A DNA stretch of 64,000 nt from Botryllus schlosseri (taxonomy: Eukaryota): NCBI GenBank assembly GCA_051294905.1, contig CM119372.1:868001-932000 (forward strand), read 5' to 3'. The translations under genes were made by a program, and so were the position numbers. Below are positions 12,190 through 26,436 of this stretch, piece after piece. Numbering within the stretch: position 1 is the stretch's first letter; each line of letters starts with the position of its first letter. The notes beneath the pieces are model-generated. The model saw only the letters and a list, made by a program, of their open reading frames with translations. It did not search any database and was not told the DNA's origin.

Positions 12190-15099
12190 AGTAATTTAAA
12201 TTCAACTGCTGCGACAAAAATTAGCCAACTGGAAATAAAATTGTATGGTTAGCGGCGAGCGGCGAAAATCGATTGACATTTGCCCTATCAACCATCTCAT
12301 TACGTCACCATTACTAACAATTACTATGCTCTGTTTGGTTTCAGACAGGCGTAACGAGAATTACGTCGCTGGCAACCAAACTTGCACAGCTAGATAATTA
12401 TAGTTGTCTAATTAGGTTAGTCAGAGCGAGATGCCGGTAATCTCATTCTAATTTAATTTGGGAGATGTTTCCATGCTTTCATTTCAATTCGAATCTAATC
12501 TATGGCTATGCGATACAACGCATTTTTGCATGTATATTTAACTTTATATTCGTTATTTGATTCAAGATAAATGACCAATTGATCTCTTTAACACAGCTAG
12601 TAAAACATAATGAATTTGAATCATCACTCATACTTCGAAAATTCAATTTGACTTGAATTGTGACTTGACTCGTGACTTGACTTGACTTGACTCGAGTCAC
12701 CTCCAAAAAACGAGTGACTTGACTTGACTCGAGTCACCTTTGAAAATCGATTGACTTGACTTGACTCGAGTCAAAATGTGCAATGACTCGAGATGACTCG
12801 TGACTCGAAGGTAGTGACTTGATCCCAACACTGCTCTATAGTGCGAAACGAGCCGACCTCAGCGTATGGACATTTGCAATTCTCGTGCTTATGAGCATGA
12901 ACTCCGATTTGATATGGACCTAATTTGGCTTTTGTTGTATTTCTAAGACGGAATTGAATTCAAGTTCCGAGTTTTTGAGAATCCAGCCAATCCAATTATA
13001 TTATAGTTTTGAAAATACCGTGTAGCTATAATCCTAATCTAGTTTGGAAAAGCTGAAAATTATCTAGTTGTCCAGTTCAGCGTGTGACGCGCTAGAAAAA
13101 AAAGTAGAACACTCGTGGCTTTAATAAATCCCGCGTTAATGCGTTGGCCGTGCTTATTTATGTACGACTGGAGTAGGCCTACATTGTTGACAACATACCC
13201 GCAACCCGTCGTCAAGTACAAGCAGTCTCTCTCGTTTACAGCTGTTAATTTCAGCTAACACGGAAAAGCTATGTTGAGATAGGCATGAAGATGTACTGTA
13301 CATTGTACATGTACAATGCACATTGAGTTGTAATTTTGATTGGATTTGTACTCATTATAGTAAGGGATTTGAAAGTAGACGTTGTAGAAACAGCGTTCTA
13401 GAAACGGGGCCTTCCGTAAATCAATGAACTGTTCCACTGCTGCGGAAAGATTGCTTGGTTAATGGCTTCCAAATGGATTGGCCACCAATCTAAAGTTCAG
13501 AAACGCAATGTTGCAGTGCAAGTCCAGAATCCAGATTAGGTAACGAAATCATTTCTGGTTTATGAACTGATTCATACAGCATGATACGAATTGAAGACTT
13601 TCTTCGAGATATAGCAGCCTGATTATAATGACAACTATACTCTTCTCATGAACAATGCCATCATCGGTTTCATGGTCAGTGGTCACCTGCACTATATATC
13701 AGCTATTGAGGCAACTATTGCTTTTCTGCATGCAGTTCTTGTCCGAAATTCCAAAATTATTCCTGAGTACACCTGAAAATTTGTAGCGGCACATAGTTTG
13801 GGAATAACTGGTTTAGATCGAAACTACATCAGCGCGATATCACAACAAAAAGACACCGTGCTCTGTTCTCACTGCGAGCCAAACATCGAACATCATTCTT
13901 CTGTAGCGCCTCAATATAAACTCAGCCGTTCCGTCATCTGTTATTACGTCCAAATGGATTTCGTCGCGTCTCGTTAGACACAAATTGTCTCGTAGTAATC
14001 TTACCAAATCACTTGCGGGCATGAATTACGGATAAGTATTAGTATTACTATCGATTGGACAATCCCTAACTCAGCATCTTTACGACAACCAGACCAGGGC
14101 TACTAAATTGGCAGACCTTTTACGCTTTCTGCCTGAATTTTACTTGATTTTCAAGACAGAATCCATTATGGTTGATTTGCAAAAGCAAAGTGCCAGAACA
14201 ACATTGATGTCTGATTGAACTGCCAGAATACGCCAATTCTTTTACTAGCTGTGACTAACAGAACAATTAGTAGAATACATATCGCTTAGCGCGTGTGCTA
14301 CCGCTATTCTGAATATTTTTAAATAGCTACACTATATCACAATTGTATGGCTGTAAATTATTTCATGACATATACAGCGGGTTTAAGTAAACTTTATGCT
14401 TTTGTGAGTAAACATTTGTTTAAAATAGTAGCCCTGAACTATAATATTGCCTTCTAGGTGAAAGAATACGACGAAATTCTCTGCCTTCGTTTGCAGGACA
14501 TGAATGAGTCTGCATTATCGCAACCGGCAACTGTTTTCCGAGTGAATGCCTGCTATATCACTTGCTGGCTATTGTACAATACGTACTGGAATGTGAGACA
14601 TGCAGTGCTAAGCGCGTGAGCAATGTTTTGGCCCACAAGGGATGATTATACTGTATATATTTCGCGAACATATTCGCAGCTGTTGCTAACTCTTCCTTGC
14701 TACACGACACGCAATGCTAGTGAAGTATTGATATCATCGAGGTTTTGTTAAAATCACGATCGATTCCAGACAGAAAACGGGTATCAATGGAGAGAATTTT
14801 GTCAGTTATGCTCTCGGTGGGTCTGAACGCAGTGGCTTATTTGCCCATCAAACATGTAGGATATTGACTGCGGAAATATGCGCCTCTTTATATCGAGTCA
14901 AGTCCTACAGAAAAGTGAATCACGCGAAAGCGAAATCCATATGGAGCGTAAACCGCATCACATTGAAGCGTTTTTAGGAAGCGACTAATTGAGACAACAG
15001 TCGAAGCATTTTTAAAACAGCCCATACAAGCCATTTAATTCTCACACCAACTAAACGAGTTCACTGCGTATAAGCCACCGCATTTTGTCACAATTGATG

Positions 15100-15330
15100 C
15101 AGCCAAAACTTACGAATGGGACCATTTTTACAGTAGGCGCATTGCACACCAAATTACTCTGAACAAGATCGGATGCAGCGACGCACAACTATGCAGAGTA
15201 TGTGTCACTATTGAAACCGTAGAACACTATCTAACATATTGTAGACAACACTTATCTCTGTCCGTGGCGCATGAAAAAGCTTTGGCGTAATAAGCGCCAC
15301 TCACCCCACTGTACTTATCTGTTGTAATAA
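15100..15330 (+). pseudogene. Decayed 3' fragment of an I/Nimb-group-like LINE ORF2
   Basis: Plus-strand translation LNKIGCSDAQLCRVCVTIETVEHYLTYC matches the C-x2-C..ETVEH-x4-C zinc knuckle typical of the C-terminus of these LINEs; the surrounding frame is broken. Confidence 0.55.
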
Positions 15331-15649
15331 TGTCAAATTGGACCTTTGCTGCAAGTCATGTATAATACATATTTTAGCAAAATACGCCAACCAAGTCTGT
15401 GCCTACCAAAGGAGTTCGTGTAATACCATTTAAAAATAGTACATTGAGCTTATGCGCTCTCTTCGCCCCGAATATTCGAAATATCATGCCAGTGACGTCA
15501 CATTTTGTGATACGATTGTTGATATACAATGTTCTTTCCCATTCTCTACCAGTTGCTGACAATTACGCATGACGAGTAGTCGAATATGTTTGGGTTCATT
15601 TCAATATGAATATACTAATCAATTGTATATTGAAGTTCCAAATATCATA

Positions 15650-16050
15650 TGATCGACCGAAAAGATCATCGCTCTATCAAATATGCCGGACCTGATGTGT
15701 GGAACAGTATCCCGCCGGCCATCCGGCAGTCGACGAGCATGTCCACATTCAAGTCGAAATACAAGCAATTACTACTAAATAGATACAGTCCATCCTCAAG
15801 ATTACCGGACCACGACTGACCTATCGATCTCGCTTCCCATGACATGCCGCCCTATTTCTTGTCGCTTCCTTTTTCTATACTATCTTCTTTACTTTCATTC
15901 AGTGTGCATGCCTCCTCTTTACATCGCCTAGGCCAAGGTGGGTGTCCGATTCCATAGACAACTCCTAGTCGCTTCGACATCTTCCTTTCTTTTCATTGTA
16001 TCGCATTTTTTGTGGTGTATTGAACTGATAAAATTGCTAATAAACCAATG
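15650..16050 (+). mobile_element. 5'-truncated L2/CR1-group LINE 3' end (ORF2 tail plus 3' UTR). Further copies at ~16380-16490(-), 16810-16920, 19850-20090(-), 43690-43860(-), 57600-57955(-), 63785-63940(-)
   Basis: Translation WNSIPPAIRQSTSMSTFKSKYKQLLLNRY is a typical ORF2 C-terminus. The conserved UTR ACTCCAAGTCGTTTCGACACCTTCCTATCTTTTCA is followed by AATAAA and, in some copies, a (TGAT)n tail. Confidence 0.75.
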
Positions 16051-19000
16051 AACTGGTACCCCGAAGAAGATCTTTAATATACCATTCAATGGTATAATAT
16101 ATTAAGCAAGAGTCAATTCTACAGCTCATCGGTCGTAATCGCTTGATTACACAGATTCGTGTTTGCGCAAAGAGCACCTTACATCGTTACTAGATAAACT
16201 ATTGAGGGATATACATTAAAATCGACCCCAAATAACCTCAACCCACGAAGCTAATACTTCGAGTCGTAGAGGTAAGAACCTGTATCTCAAATGATTGCTG
16301 CAAAAAGCGAGAGGAAATAGAAGGTAATGAATGACATCGTAGGCCTAAGTGCAACAAGGAATCAAAATCATCAATTCATTCCAACGGCTATAACTCAGTA
16401 TCATTTTCGTACAAAGTCAATCGATACAAGATACCACAGGAATTGCAATATACTAAAAAGGAAGGAAGCATTCGAAACGACTTGGCGAAGTCTATCAATC
16501 AACTCTCACCTCAACCGACAACCATCGAAAACACGTCTGCAGCTCACGGTAATCTCAATTTACGGAATACACAATACATATAGAGCAAGATATCACTGTC
16601 TGCTAGGCTCAAGTGCCTCACATTGAGTACTTGCCACAACATTAAGTGACGTAATGGTACTGGAGTGTTTTATGTTTCCGACTTCCTTCTACTCGAAAGC
16701 TGAATCACGCGCGGCTCGTGCCAACGTTTCGGGTTCTTCTGGATAATGGATTTCAGGGTAGGCGCTCCGAATGACAGTGAGAAGATTGAAGATGTGTGGG
16801 TGTCTGATCTTAAAGGCTATACTCCAAGTTGTTTCGACACCTTCCTATCTTTTCATTGTATCGCAGTCTTGTGATGTTTTGAAACGATGAAAATATTAAT
16901 AAACCTGATTGATTGATTGAAGATTGGCCTGATGGGATGCCGCTGGGATATTTCAGAAAAACCCAGATATGGAGGCCTAATAAACCCAGATCCTGTATTT
17001 CACTCAAATTTACATAAAATAGCTGTGAAATCGGGACCTGACAGTCAACCTACACCTACAGTCATAGGAGCCTTTCATATCGAATTTCTAACAGTTCATA
17101 CTATACATTTTGCTCGGTTTTCAATAAAAATCCCACAAAAATATGTAGTTTTCCTCTCGACTAGTACGCGGCTTCAATAGGCCTATTTTAGACATCGCAG
17201 TGGAATCAAAGTGACTCATGTCCATTTTACATATTTTGAGAAAATTGACTTTACGCAAATTTTTCACTTTCTTTCAGCCATATATTGGCCCTGAACAATT
17301 TTGAATCAATGAGACGGGCATAACCAATAACCATAGCCAATATATGGCCGAAAAAATATATAATTTTTCAAAAACTTGATTTTTTTCAAGTCATAAAAAT
17401 GGACCTTCAAAATTTGAAAACTGGACATAAGTCACTTTGATTCCAGTGCGACGTAATAGTGTATTAATTATATCATTGCGCTTAGAAATTTCGGAGAATG
17501 CCATCCATTCCCTATTTTTGAGGGTGATTTTCGTATATTTTATGTGACCTGACCAGATTGAAAGTAGCTTTCAATTGCATAATCCCGGGACAATCACTTT
17601 TATCTGGGATAATGACACGAAAAAATAACTGCCGTAACTGCCAAATCATGAAATTCAGGGTGCGTTCGAATGTGCTGATAACCAACCCAGCCACTGAATA
17701 GCTTGCTGGGGGTGTCCCTTGTGGTCGAAATGTATAATCAGATAACAACCAACGCCTGGTCTAGCCATATGCACTGTGCATATACCATGAAGTCACATGT
17801 TCTTTATCGATACACGACGAATTTATTGGAGTAATTCTAGCATTCAAGTCATATATCGTTTCGAATTGTAAGACGTTTCCAATGATTTGCCCTATGAACA
17901 TATGACTTTCTTCGAGCTGGAAGTTACCATGCAATGAAGGTCCTTCACATCACGCCGAGGCCTCTCATTTTAGTAGTGAAACAGTATCTCAAGACTATGT
18001 CGGTATACAATAACAGCGAAATCCATCGACAAAGACGAACTAAAGTGCGTGCATTTTACAATATTATGATCTCACTAATCTAATAATTAATTTTCGAGCG
18101 TAAAACTGACCTGACAAACATGATGTTGAAAAAACCTAGATTTCAGGGACAAAAACCTAGAAACCCAATTACTGCTAAAAAAAAAACAGATCTGAGTGGA
18201 AAACCCCAGGAGGGGCATGTCTGGGCCTGAGAGCTCTAGGCATGGGCGCCTATATGTTGTGGGATAAATTCAAAATTTACAATTTGAACCAAAACGATCA
18301 CAAGGTAACGCGAAGTATTGCATTTTACATCTACCAAAATCATCTCAATCTCGTATCTATGGGGGGCACATTTACTTAAAATAATCATAGCAAAATACCG
18401 GTAATCTCATTCTAATCGAATTTGTGAAATGTTTCTATATGCTCTCAATTTAATTCTGATCTATAATCATGGTTTTCCTGAAAATGCTGCAGAACTGTAT
18501 AGCGCGAAACGAGCCAAGCTTGGCGTACAGACATTTGCCATTCTCATGCTTATCAGATTGAACACTGACTTGATATGAGCTGAACTTGATTTTGATTTGT
18601 ACTATTTTCTCATAGGAATTGAATTCAATTTACAAATATCTGCGAATTCCATAATTCAAATCGAATTTGAAAAACTGCTGTGTAACTATGGTTCGAACAT
18701 TCTAGTCACATTTTGAAAAGCTGAAAATTTTCTAGTTGTCCTCTGGCATCATTCCTGATACCGACGCTCGAATCAGGCAATTTAAAGTAGTTGGAAACTG
18801 TTACAGTTTTGTGTATAAACTGGCTGTGGCCTTCAAAGCGCTGAATGTAGAGCCCGGCCCTCACACGACGAGTACGAGTTGCAGCTTGCATTATCGGAAA
18901 TTCTACAATGTCTGTCAAATTTCCAATCCACGACTGTCCATATGCCCTGGTTTCCATTGGAAACATCAACTTATATGCGCTTGTCATCGACTGGTTAATG

Positions 19001-19146
19001 AAATGCTGTCAGCATTCCGTCAACTAAAGGAAGTCGGCGTATCTTTTCACTGGATACCTGACCGCGGTGCACGGAATTGGGGACTTTGCGTTTCTGAAGT
19101 AGTAAAATAGCTCAACCATGTATCGTCAGTCCGTCACGGGTTAGAC

Positions 19147-19449
19147 CAGTATAGTTTCCAGCGTGAGCGATATCGCCCGCCAGGGGGCGATTTGGCGTTC
19201 TAGGAGGCGAAAATGACGAAGGGCGATAAGGGGAGAAAACGGACGAAGGGGGCGATATGGGGTGAAAATAACGAAGGGGCACGTTACAACGGCTGTATTG
19301 CAGTGAAGTCGGGGAAATGACTTTTTTTAGTCAACTCGCCGGTGATTACAGTTTGTATGCCCATTTTTCGGTTCTCAATAATTGGGAGCCGATGATTGGT
19401 GTGGAGCCTGAAAAGGGGACGATAAGTCGAAAATGCTTGGGAACCACTG
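19147..19449. mobile_element. hAT MITE (same family as 9680-9957)
   Basis: Perfect 8-bp TSD GGTTAGAC; right TIR TTGGGAACCACTG; body colinear with the 9.7-kb copy. Confidence 0.85.
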
Positions 19450-22318
19450 GGTTAGACTGTCTTGTTGCATATGTCCTGAATCTCCAGAGGGGTGTGAAGA
19501 CTAAATTCTCAGACTAACCAATACAGTATATTCAGAAGTTGCCTACGTTCGATGTCTAGTTGCGCTATAATAAGTCTGCAAATTGAGAGACTCGTCCATA
19601 TATATTCAAGTATACGAGAGAATTCGGTGAGCTTTTGCATCAGATAAGGGGTCATAAGATCATGACAAGTTGCTCGAACAACTGCAGAGGAAACGAAGAA
19701 CCAGTCTTACTACTATTAGCGCCGAATCCCCGGGAGTGAGAAGACGAGCGAAAATAGATTGTTAATGCCAGTACATACATAACTAAATAGTTATTTGTAT
19801 ATCGTCATCTATAGTGTCTTACAATAATTTCATTTTTTCAAATCAATTTATTATTAACAATTACATCATTTCAATATTTGAAAATATTTCAAAATTTCGA
19901 TACATTGAAAAGAAAGGAAGGCGTCGAAACGACTTGGAGCAGTCTTTGAAATCAGATACCGATTTGGCCTAGCTGATATAAAAAGAAGGCATGCACACTG
20001 AATGAAAAGTAAAAGACATCAGGCGACAAAAAGAGATAGCATGTGTCAGAAGGCAAGATCGATATATGTCTATAGTCCTGGTCCGGTAAACTGATGAGCA
20101 AGCTTAGGATTAGGAGCGGATTTTTACCCATTTCCGACTGTCTTTACTTTACATTCATTTACATTTACTTTTCATTCAGTGTTCTCTACTTCGAAAAATT
20201 GACAAAGTTTATATAAATTGTGACGAAACACGTGTTTCACAACCATTCTGAGAAGACGATTGTTGAACATGAAACTAATTTCGTATTCAAGAAAGCTTGC
20301 CAAATACTAACTCCAGCACAGATTGACTCGAATCGAGTCGAGTCATTTCCGTATTTAGAGAAAATTACTCGAGTCAAGTCAAGTCGTCAGAAAATCGTGA
20401 CTCGTGTCGGACTCGAGTCGAGTCATGACTCGAGTCATTAGAACCCTGAGAATTTGTCCTCTTTTTTGAAAATTTTGGTTCAATATACGTGGAAATTGGA
20501 ATGAGATATAGGAAATCAGCGCTCAAGTAACGGCCTGGCGGGTATTTCCGGACTTTTTTTTTTAGTCAACCAACGGAAAATCTATAGAAAGTTGGTATTT
20601 CTGGAGTTGAGCCGGAAAGATGACCTTTTTTTTAATTTTTTTTAGTCAAACATCTTCAAACTCGAGAAAAATTTACTATTTTTACCGCATTTGACTCCAT
20701 TTTGTAAGTCTGAAAATTTTGAAAAGTGTCCTCTTTTCAGATTCCCAGAATATGGTAACCATAGCTAATAATGACTAAAATTGTGGTTGCAATACATACA
20801 CCAACTCAGTACAACTTCATATATAATATCGAAGTAAATAAACAAACAGAATGTCACTTCAATTCGCTTGAAATTTAGGGTGCGTTCTAGGTGCGGTTTC
20901 GTGCCAAAAGTTTTCGAGTCTGATGCTGAAAACACCTCACTACGAACGCAAGGCCTGTTTTCACGACCACTGCCAACGGCAAGTGTTTTGGCGATTATTT
21001 TGAGGAACTGGTCACTTGGAACGGAGACGTGATTTTTACAACCGTGATTGCCAAACCGGCGTCGAAGCTATGTCGTTCGTAGTGCAGGCCGTGTTCCATG
21101 TGTGTGGTTCCCAAACTTGTTCGGTGTGAGGGCCAAATTTAGAATTTCAGAGTACGGTCGGGGCCGCACGAATACTACGGCTATGAAACGGACCCAAACA
21201 GTCATCATGGCTATTTCGGAGTAGTTGTACTGCCCTGGCGAGATTTCAAAACTGTTGACTGTTTACCGCTACTTATCTGCTGCGTTGGGAGTCCGTTGAG
21301 TGAAACAGCTTTTCGCGCTTAAACGCGCGAGAAATTTCTTTAGTTTCATGACTGAATCGGTCAATATGATCGGGAATTGCATGTATTGCTATCAATTCTC
21401 ATCCTGTCTCTGTTCACGTAATCTTATTTACCGGGAGAGCTGAGTGAGGTGTGTTTGAAAAGGTATAGGCCCCCTCTATAGTAATTAAACATCTCCGGGG
21501 GTATACCCGTTGGCAGGAACGTAACAGCACTTCGTCAGGACCCCGGGCTCCCGTAGGGTGATAAACTGACCCCGCATCACGTTGTTCGCTTTTGCCACGA
21601 AATTAAAGTTGTACCGTTTAGTGAGACAGCGCGACGCGCGAATATTGCGATAATTCATGATAAAATCGGCGAATAAGATCATGGTTGTCCTCTGCCCACG
21701 TAATCAGATTTACTGGCAGAGCTGAATGAGAGGTATCTTTGATATTGCCAGACCCCGTAAAATTAAACATCTTCGGGCGGGCGGACCCCTAGGTATGACT
21801 TCTTTACATGATGTTATTTTGTGACCTCCTGTCTGCTATATCAATAAATGTAGAATTGCCCAAACCTACTAAACTGAAAGATCACACGATTTCAGATTGG
21901 TATTTCTTCACTGGCATATAATTTTCTTTCCTGCGGGATGGTATTTGTGTTGTGAGGTTTAGGTTGCCAAGACAAGAACATTCGGCGCCAGTCATTAAGG
22001 CGCCTATGGACAATTAAACCTATCTTTATTTTGTATATATAACGAAGTTTTTGGTCAGCATAAAAGCAGTCCTTTACGGCCAAGGCTTTCTCGCTGCCGA
22101 TCGTTCTGACACACTTCTTGGAGTCGCATGTCACACGGCCTAAAACAGTGGTTCCCAACCTTTTTATCCTAATTCCCCACTTCCGATTTATTCCGAGCCT
22201 TTATTCCCCATAAAATATACTACTCTAATAGGAAAATTTTCAAGAACTATTTCCTTACATTTTCTTCGGTTCACTCATATGGCACTAGATCTAGCTCTCA
22301 AGGTAAAATAACATTACC

Positions 22319-22897
22319 TCAAGTTTCTAAGAAATTGTCACAAAACAGTTTCAACTTCAAGGGTGCCAAGGTCTGGAATAACCTTCCAGAAGAATATAGA
22401 TCGATGCAGTTCAACCAGTTCAAGATCAAATACCGCAATTTTCTTGTTGAAAAATACTGAAATAGGTATAATTTGTAATGACTGTGATGTAATACTGTTC
22501 CACTTGCTACACCTTCCTCTGTTGTCGTCATTGTTGTTGTTGAAAAATACTGTCATGGTCCATGATTTGCATTGACTGTGATGTAATACTGTTCCACTTG
22601 GTTAGTCTTCATTGTTCTTGCTTTGCTGCATATTTTTGCTGTGCACACTGTGCATTGTATACCAGTACTATGCTTGGATGCTTACTGCTGATTTTCCATG
22701 ACTTTAACTTTTGTTTATTTTTATGTCCATTGGTTAACTGTCATAATCGTTAGTATTGATCTTGCCATATTTACTCATTTATAACTCCGCTGGGTGGCGA
22801 CTGAATCTAAGACCTACCGGTCCCCCGTCGTCTCCCAATCTATACCAATTCACATGTGTTTGTTGGTGAGATGAATAAAAGCATACTGACTGACTGA
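22319..22897 (+). mobile_element. 5'-truncated L2/CR1-group LINE (ORF2 C-terminus plus 3' UTR)
   Basis: Plus-strand QVSKKLSQNSFNFKGAKVWNNLPEEYRSMQFNQFKIKYRNFLVEKY* parallels the end of the 1004-aa ORF2. AATAAA plus a (CTGA)n tail at ~22875-22897. Confidence 0.8.
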
Positions 22898-23378
22898 CCA
22901 CCTAAAATCTCTATATCCATATCTACCATTTAAAGTGCTACCTCCAATAAATTTATGCCACCCTTTGCTTACGTGCTATTGGTGATTGTTAAGATCCCCG
23001 GAGAGAGACAGAGAGAGACAGTTTTTATTGAGCAAAAAAATTACATTCAAAAACAAAATACATGTTGCAGCGATACGGTTCCTTAGGGACCATCTAGTCA
23101 GCTGCAGCGATGGAGTACAAAAATCGTCTTTTAATAGAGTCTCGCGTCAAGAATAAATTAAAAACAGGTGGAACAGTGGTAAGTTGGAACAACAACAGAG
23201 TAACAGGCAACAATAATAAAGAAGTAAACTAAAGAATGAAATGCAATGAAAACAAAAAATAAATAGAAGATGGATAAATGTACGGAGTTGTCAGTTCAAA
23301 TTATGAAAAAGAAACAATTTGGCAACATAAGATTATCTAATCCAATATACGGCAATTACAATGCAAATCTAACTAACT

Positions 23379-26300
23379 TCAATATGACAAGAGTAAATGA
23401 GATTTAAATTCGCGACAAAAGGCTGAAAAAGACATTTCCCTCATGGCTAAAGGAATGTCATTCCATATTTTTGGTCCATGATATATGATTGATCTGCGGC
23501 ACTTACTATTCGTCACACGAGATACAAATAATTTTTTTGAAGTCGAAGACCGAGTACGGTGTGTATGTACGACACTAGATGGCGTGAACATATCACTAAA
23601 CAAACTTGGGAGATCACCTCGATCATACTTATACATCAATTTAGCAACCTCCAGAGTGCAAAGGTCCTTTACTTTCAAAATGTTCAGGGATTTATATTTG
23701 GGGGAGAGTCGTTCCCGTTCTTTCATAGCACTGATGTATTTAATTGCCAAATTTTGAAGTACTTCGATTTTCGAATAGTACGTTTTGCAGCTAAGTCCCC
23801 AGAAGACTATGCCATAACTGAGCTGGCTATGAAAGAGTGAGAAATATAAATTTCTAAGCACAGGTCTTGGGAGACTGTGTCTTAGACGAGAAAAAATCCC
23901 TACAACCCTGGAAAGTTTCGTAGTAATTTTATCGATATGGGATTTCCATGATAAATTATCGTCAATGTGAATTCCAAGGTACTTCACACAGGAGATGGGG
24001 TTCACATTTGTATTATTCAGATTCAAAAATGGAGAGAAGAATGTAACGGGACTAGGCTTTCGGTTAATGATTAGAATTTGTGTTTTAGACGGATTTATGA
24101 GTAGCTTGTTCGCATTCATCCAGGAACTTATTCGATGCATTTGAGTGTGAACTAATTCTTGCAAGATTGGAAGAGAGGAAGCCGAGACATACAAGCATGT
24201 GTCATCCGCAAAAAGTGTCGTGTGAAAAGGAGAGCATGCGATCAAGTCGTTCAAGTATATATTGAACAGTAACGGTCCAAGGACCGATCCTTGTGGGATG
24301 CCACAGGTAACTAACGATGAAGCAGACTTGACAGAAGATAGATCATCAACATATTGCATGCGGTTTGATAGATAAGATTTTATTAGATTGTGCTGAGAGC
24401 CTCTCACCCCATATCGAAATAGTTTATCGAGTAAAAAGCTGTGGTTTACTGTGTCAAAAGCTTTTTGAAGGTCCAGAAAAATACTACAGCCAATTTCATT
24501 TTTAGATATTGTTGAATAATATTGAAGAAGAAGGTTGAGTACTGCTTGGTTAGTATTGCAGTTGGTACGAAAGCCAAATTGGTTAGGGTACAGTAGAGGT
24601 TCAAAGTACTTATATAGACGTGTATGGATGAGCTTCTCAAACACTATAGCCATGCAAGATAAGATGGATATAGGCCTATAGTTAGACATATCACTTTTGT
24701 CCCCTTTTTTATAAACTGGAACCACCCTTGCAATTTTAAGTGAGTTAGGGAAAATTCCATTTTCTACACACTGATTGAAGAAGTGGCAGATGTATGGTGT
24801 AATAGCTGGTGTTATTACTTTGAGCAGCTCAACTGGTAACTTATCGTAACCCTCTGCCTTCCCACCCTTCATATTTCTAATTATATCATGTATTTCTGGT
24901 TCATTGGCAGGCACCATGAACATGCTGTTAGCATTGCTCTGGAATGGAGGCAAGATGCATCTGTTGTGCGAATTTTTACACTTCAAAGCAAGATTTGGAC
25001 CAATTGATGTAAAATATTTGTTGAAAGTGGATGCTATAGATGCAGGATCAGATATCACCAGCCCATTTTCATCGATAATTTGGGATGGTTTGGTTGATTT
25101 ATGTGAGCAAGGATTGATGAGATTCTTTATCCCACGCCACATCTGTTTTTGGTTTGAGCTATGTTGATTGAAATATTTGTGAAAGTATGATTTTTTTGCC
25201 TTGAATTTGATCTGGTTTAATTTATTTGCATATGTTTTATACTTGATTCGGTCTAATTCAATACCATTTGTGATCCATATACGATGAAGTTTATTCCTTT
25301 TCTTAATGGAGCGCAGAATACCTGGAGTGATCCAGGGTTTGAGATGTAACTTGCGTTGTCTACGTGTAAGGCGCTGGATAGGAATGTGTTTGTTGATTAG
25401 GTCAGTGATCTGAGATAGAAAGCTCTCAAACTGAGCATCAAGATTTTCTTTGGTGAGCGGCTGTAGATCATTACCAGGAAAATAGTCGAATGATTCAACT
25501 AATAATGAAGTCTTGGACTCCATTGTAGGTAGTCTTTTATAAACATAACTACTTTTAAATGGTGGAGATTTGGTAACAACATCGGCCAAAACTGGATAAT
25601 GGTCTGTAAGATCATTCCGGATAACCAGAGGATGAATAGGGCACGCAGTTAGGTTGGTGTATATGTGATCAAGTAGTGTTGCAGAGTGATGAGTTACTCG
25701 AGTCGGTAAAGTGATAAGAGGAGTCGTACCGTGAGAGTTCAAAATATTCAAATGGTCAAGAGTTCCCGTTGTAGTAGATAGTAAGTTGATATTCAAGTCT
25801 CCGAGGATGAAAAAAGTTTTCATTTGAGAATTTAGTAATGACAATGTGCGGCTCAGTTCCGCAGAGAAATCTGAGAAGGAGTGACTTGGATGTCTATAGA
25901 TAACACCAACTATGAAAGAGGGCGAATTGCCGATAGGATGAGCTATTTTGGCCCATATTTGCTCTACACCATGAACATCTAGGTCATAAGTATCTGTCAG
26001 CGAAACTGGATAAGTCGATTTTATGTAGAGGCCGACACCACCAGCATTTGTGGGGGATGGTGAATGATAGAAATCGAAACCGTCAAGATTAAGATCAGGA
26101 GCATCTGTATTGGGTAACTTAGTTTCGGATATTCCTATAATAGATGGTGCATTATGCAGGCTATAAATCATGTCGCTAAGGTCATCAATATGACTAGCTA
26201 GAGATCTAAGGTTGAGGTGCATTAGAGTAACTTTTTCACGGTGCCCTATGTCATCCAGTTTATGTGCAATGTCATCAATGTCGGAGGAGTAACACTCAAA

Positions 26301-26393
26301 TACATTGCTGAAGTTAAATTTGGAAATGTCTAACATTTGATTATCATGAGGAATAGCAATTACCGTATCATGTCGTGATGATGTAGAGGACAT
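23379..26393 (-). CDS. LINE ORF2: apurinic-like endonuclease plus reverse transcriptase (1004 aa, uninterrupted)
   Basis: APE motifs LNLRSL, IGISETKL, GVIYRHP, GDLNIN, LDHIY, TDHYPV; RT motifs NYRPISIL, QFGFR, FLDLQKAFDTV, GIPQGSVLGPLLF, FADDT, KYLGIHID. Confidence 0.97.
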   Translation of the reverse strand: MSSTSSRHDTVIAIPHDNQMLDISKFNFSNVFECYSSDIDDIAHKLDDIGHREKVTLMHLNLRSLASHIDDLSDMIYSLHNAPSIIGISETKLPNTDAPDLNLDGFDFYHSPSPTNAGGVGLYIKSTYPVSLTDTYDLDVHGVEQIWAKIAHPIGNSPSFIVGVIYRHPSHSFSDFSAELSRTLSLLNSQMKTFFILGDLNINLLSTTTGTLDHLNILNSHGTTPLITLPTRVTHHSATLLDHIYTNLTACPIHPLVIRNDLTDHYPVLADVVTKSPPFKSSYVYKRLPTMESKTSLLVESFDYFPGNDLQPLTKENLDAQFESFLSQITDLINKHIPIQRLTRRQRKLHLKPWITPGILRSIKKRNKLHRIWITNGIELDRIKYKTYANKLNQIKFKAKKSYFHKYFNQHSSNQKQMWRGIKNLINPCSHKSTKPSQIIDENGLVISDPASIASTFNKYFTSIGPNLALKCKNSHNRCILPPFQSNANSMFMVPANEPEIHDIIRNMKGGKAEGYDKLPVELLKVITPAITPYICHFFNQCVENGIFPNSLKIARVVPVYKKGDKSDMSNYRPISILSCMAIVFEKLIHTRLYKYFEPLLYPNQFGFRTNCNTNQAVLNLLLQYYSTISKNEIGCSIFLDLQKAFDTVNHSFLLDKLFRYGVRGSQHNLIKSYLSNRMQYVDDLSSVKSASSLVTCGIPQGSVLGPLLFNIYLNDLIACSPFHTTLFADDTCLYVSASSLPILQELVHTQMHRISSWMNANKLLINPSKTQILIINRKPSPVTFFSPFLNLNNTNVNPISCVKYLGIHIDDNLSWKSHIDKITTKLSRVVGIFSRLRHSLPRPVLRNLYFSLFHSQLSYGIVFWGLSCKTYYSKIEVLQNLAIKYISAMKERERLSPKYKSLNILKVKDLCTLEVAKLMYKYDRGDLPSLFSDMFTPSSVVHTHRTRSSTSKKLFVSRVTNSKCRRSIIYHGPKIWNDIPLAMREMSFSAFCREFKSHLLLSY

Positions 26394-26436
26394 CTTTGAG
26401 AGTTATTTCTTGATAAAATGGACATCTGTACTGAAG

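Noticed and set aside
18736..19110. 124-aa ORF ending VSFHWIPDRG, reminiscent of LINE RNase H
   Set aside because: Single degenerate motif; at best a decayed retroelement scrap, not called.
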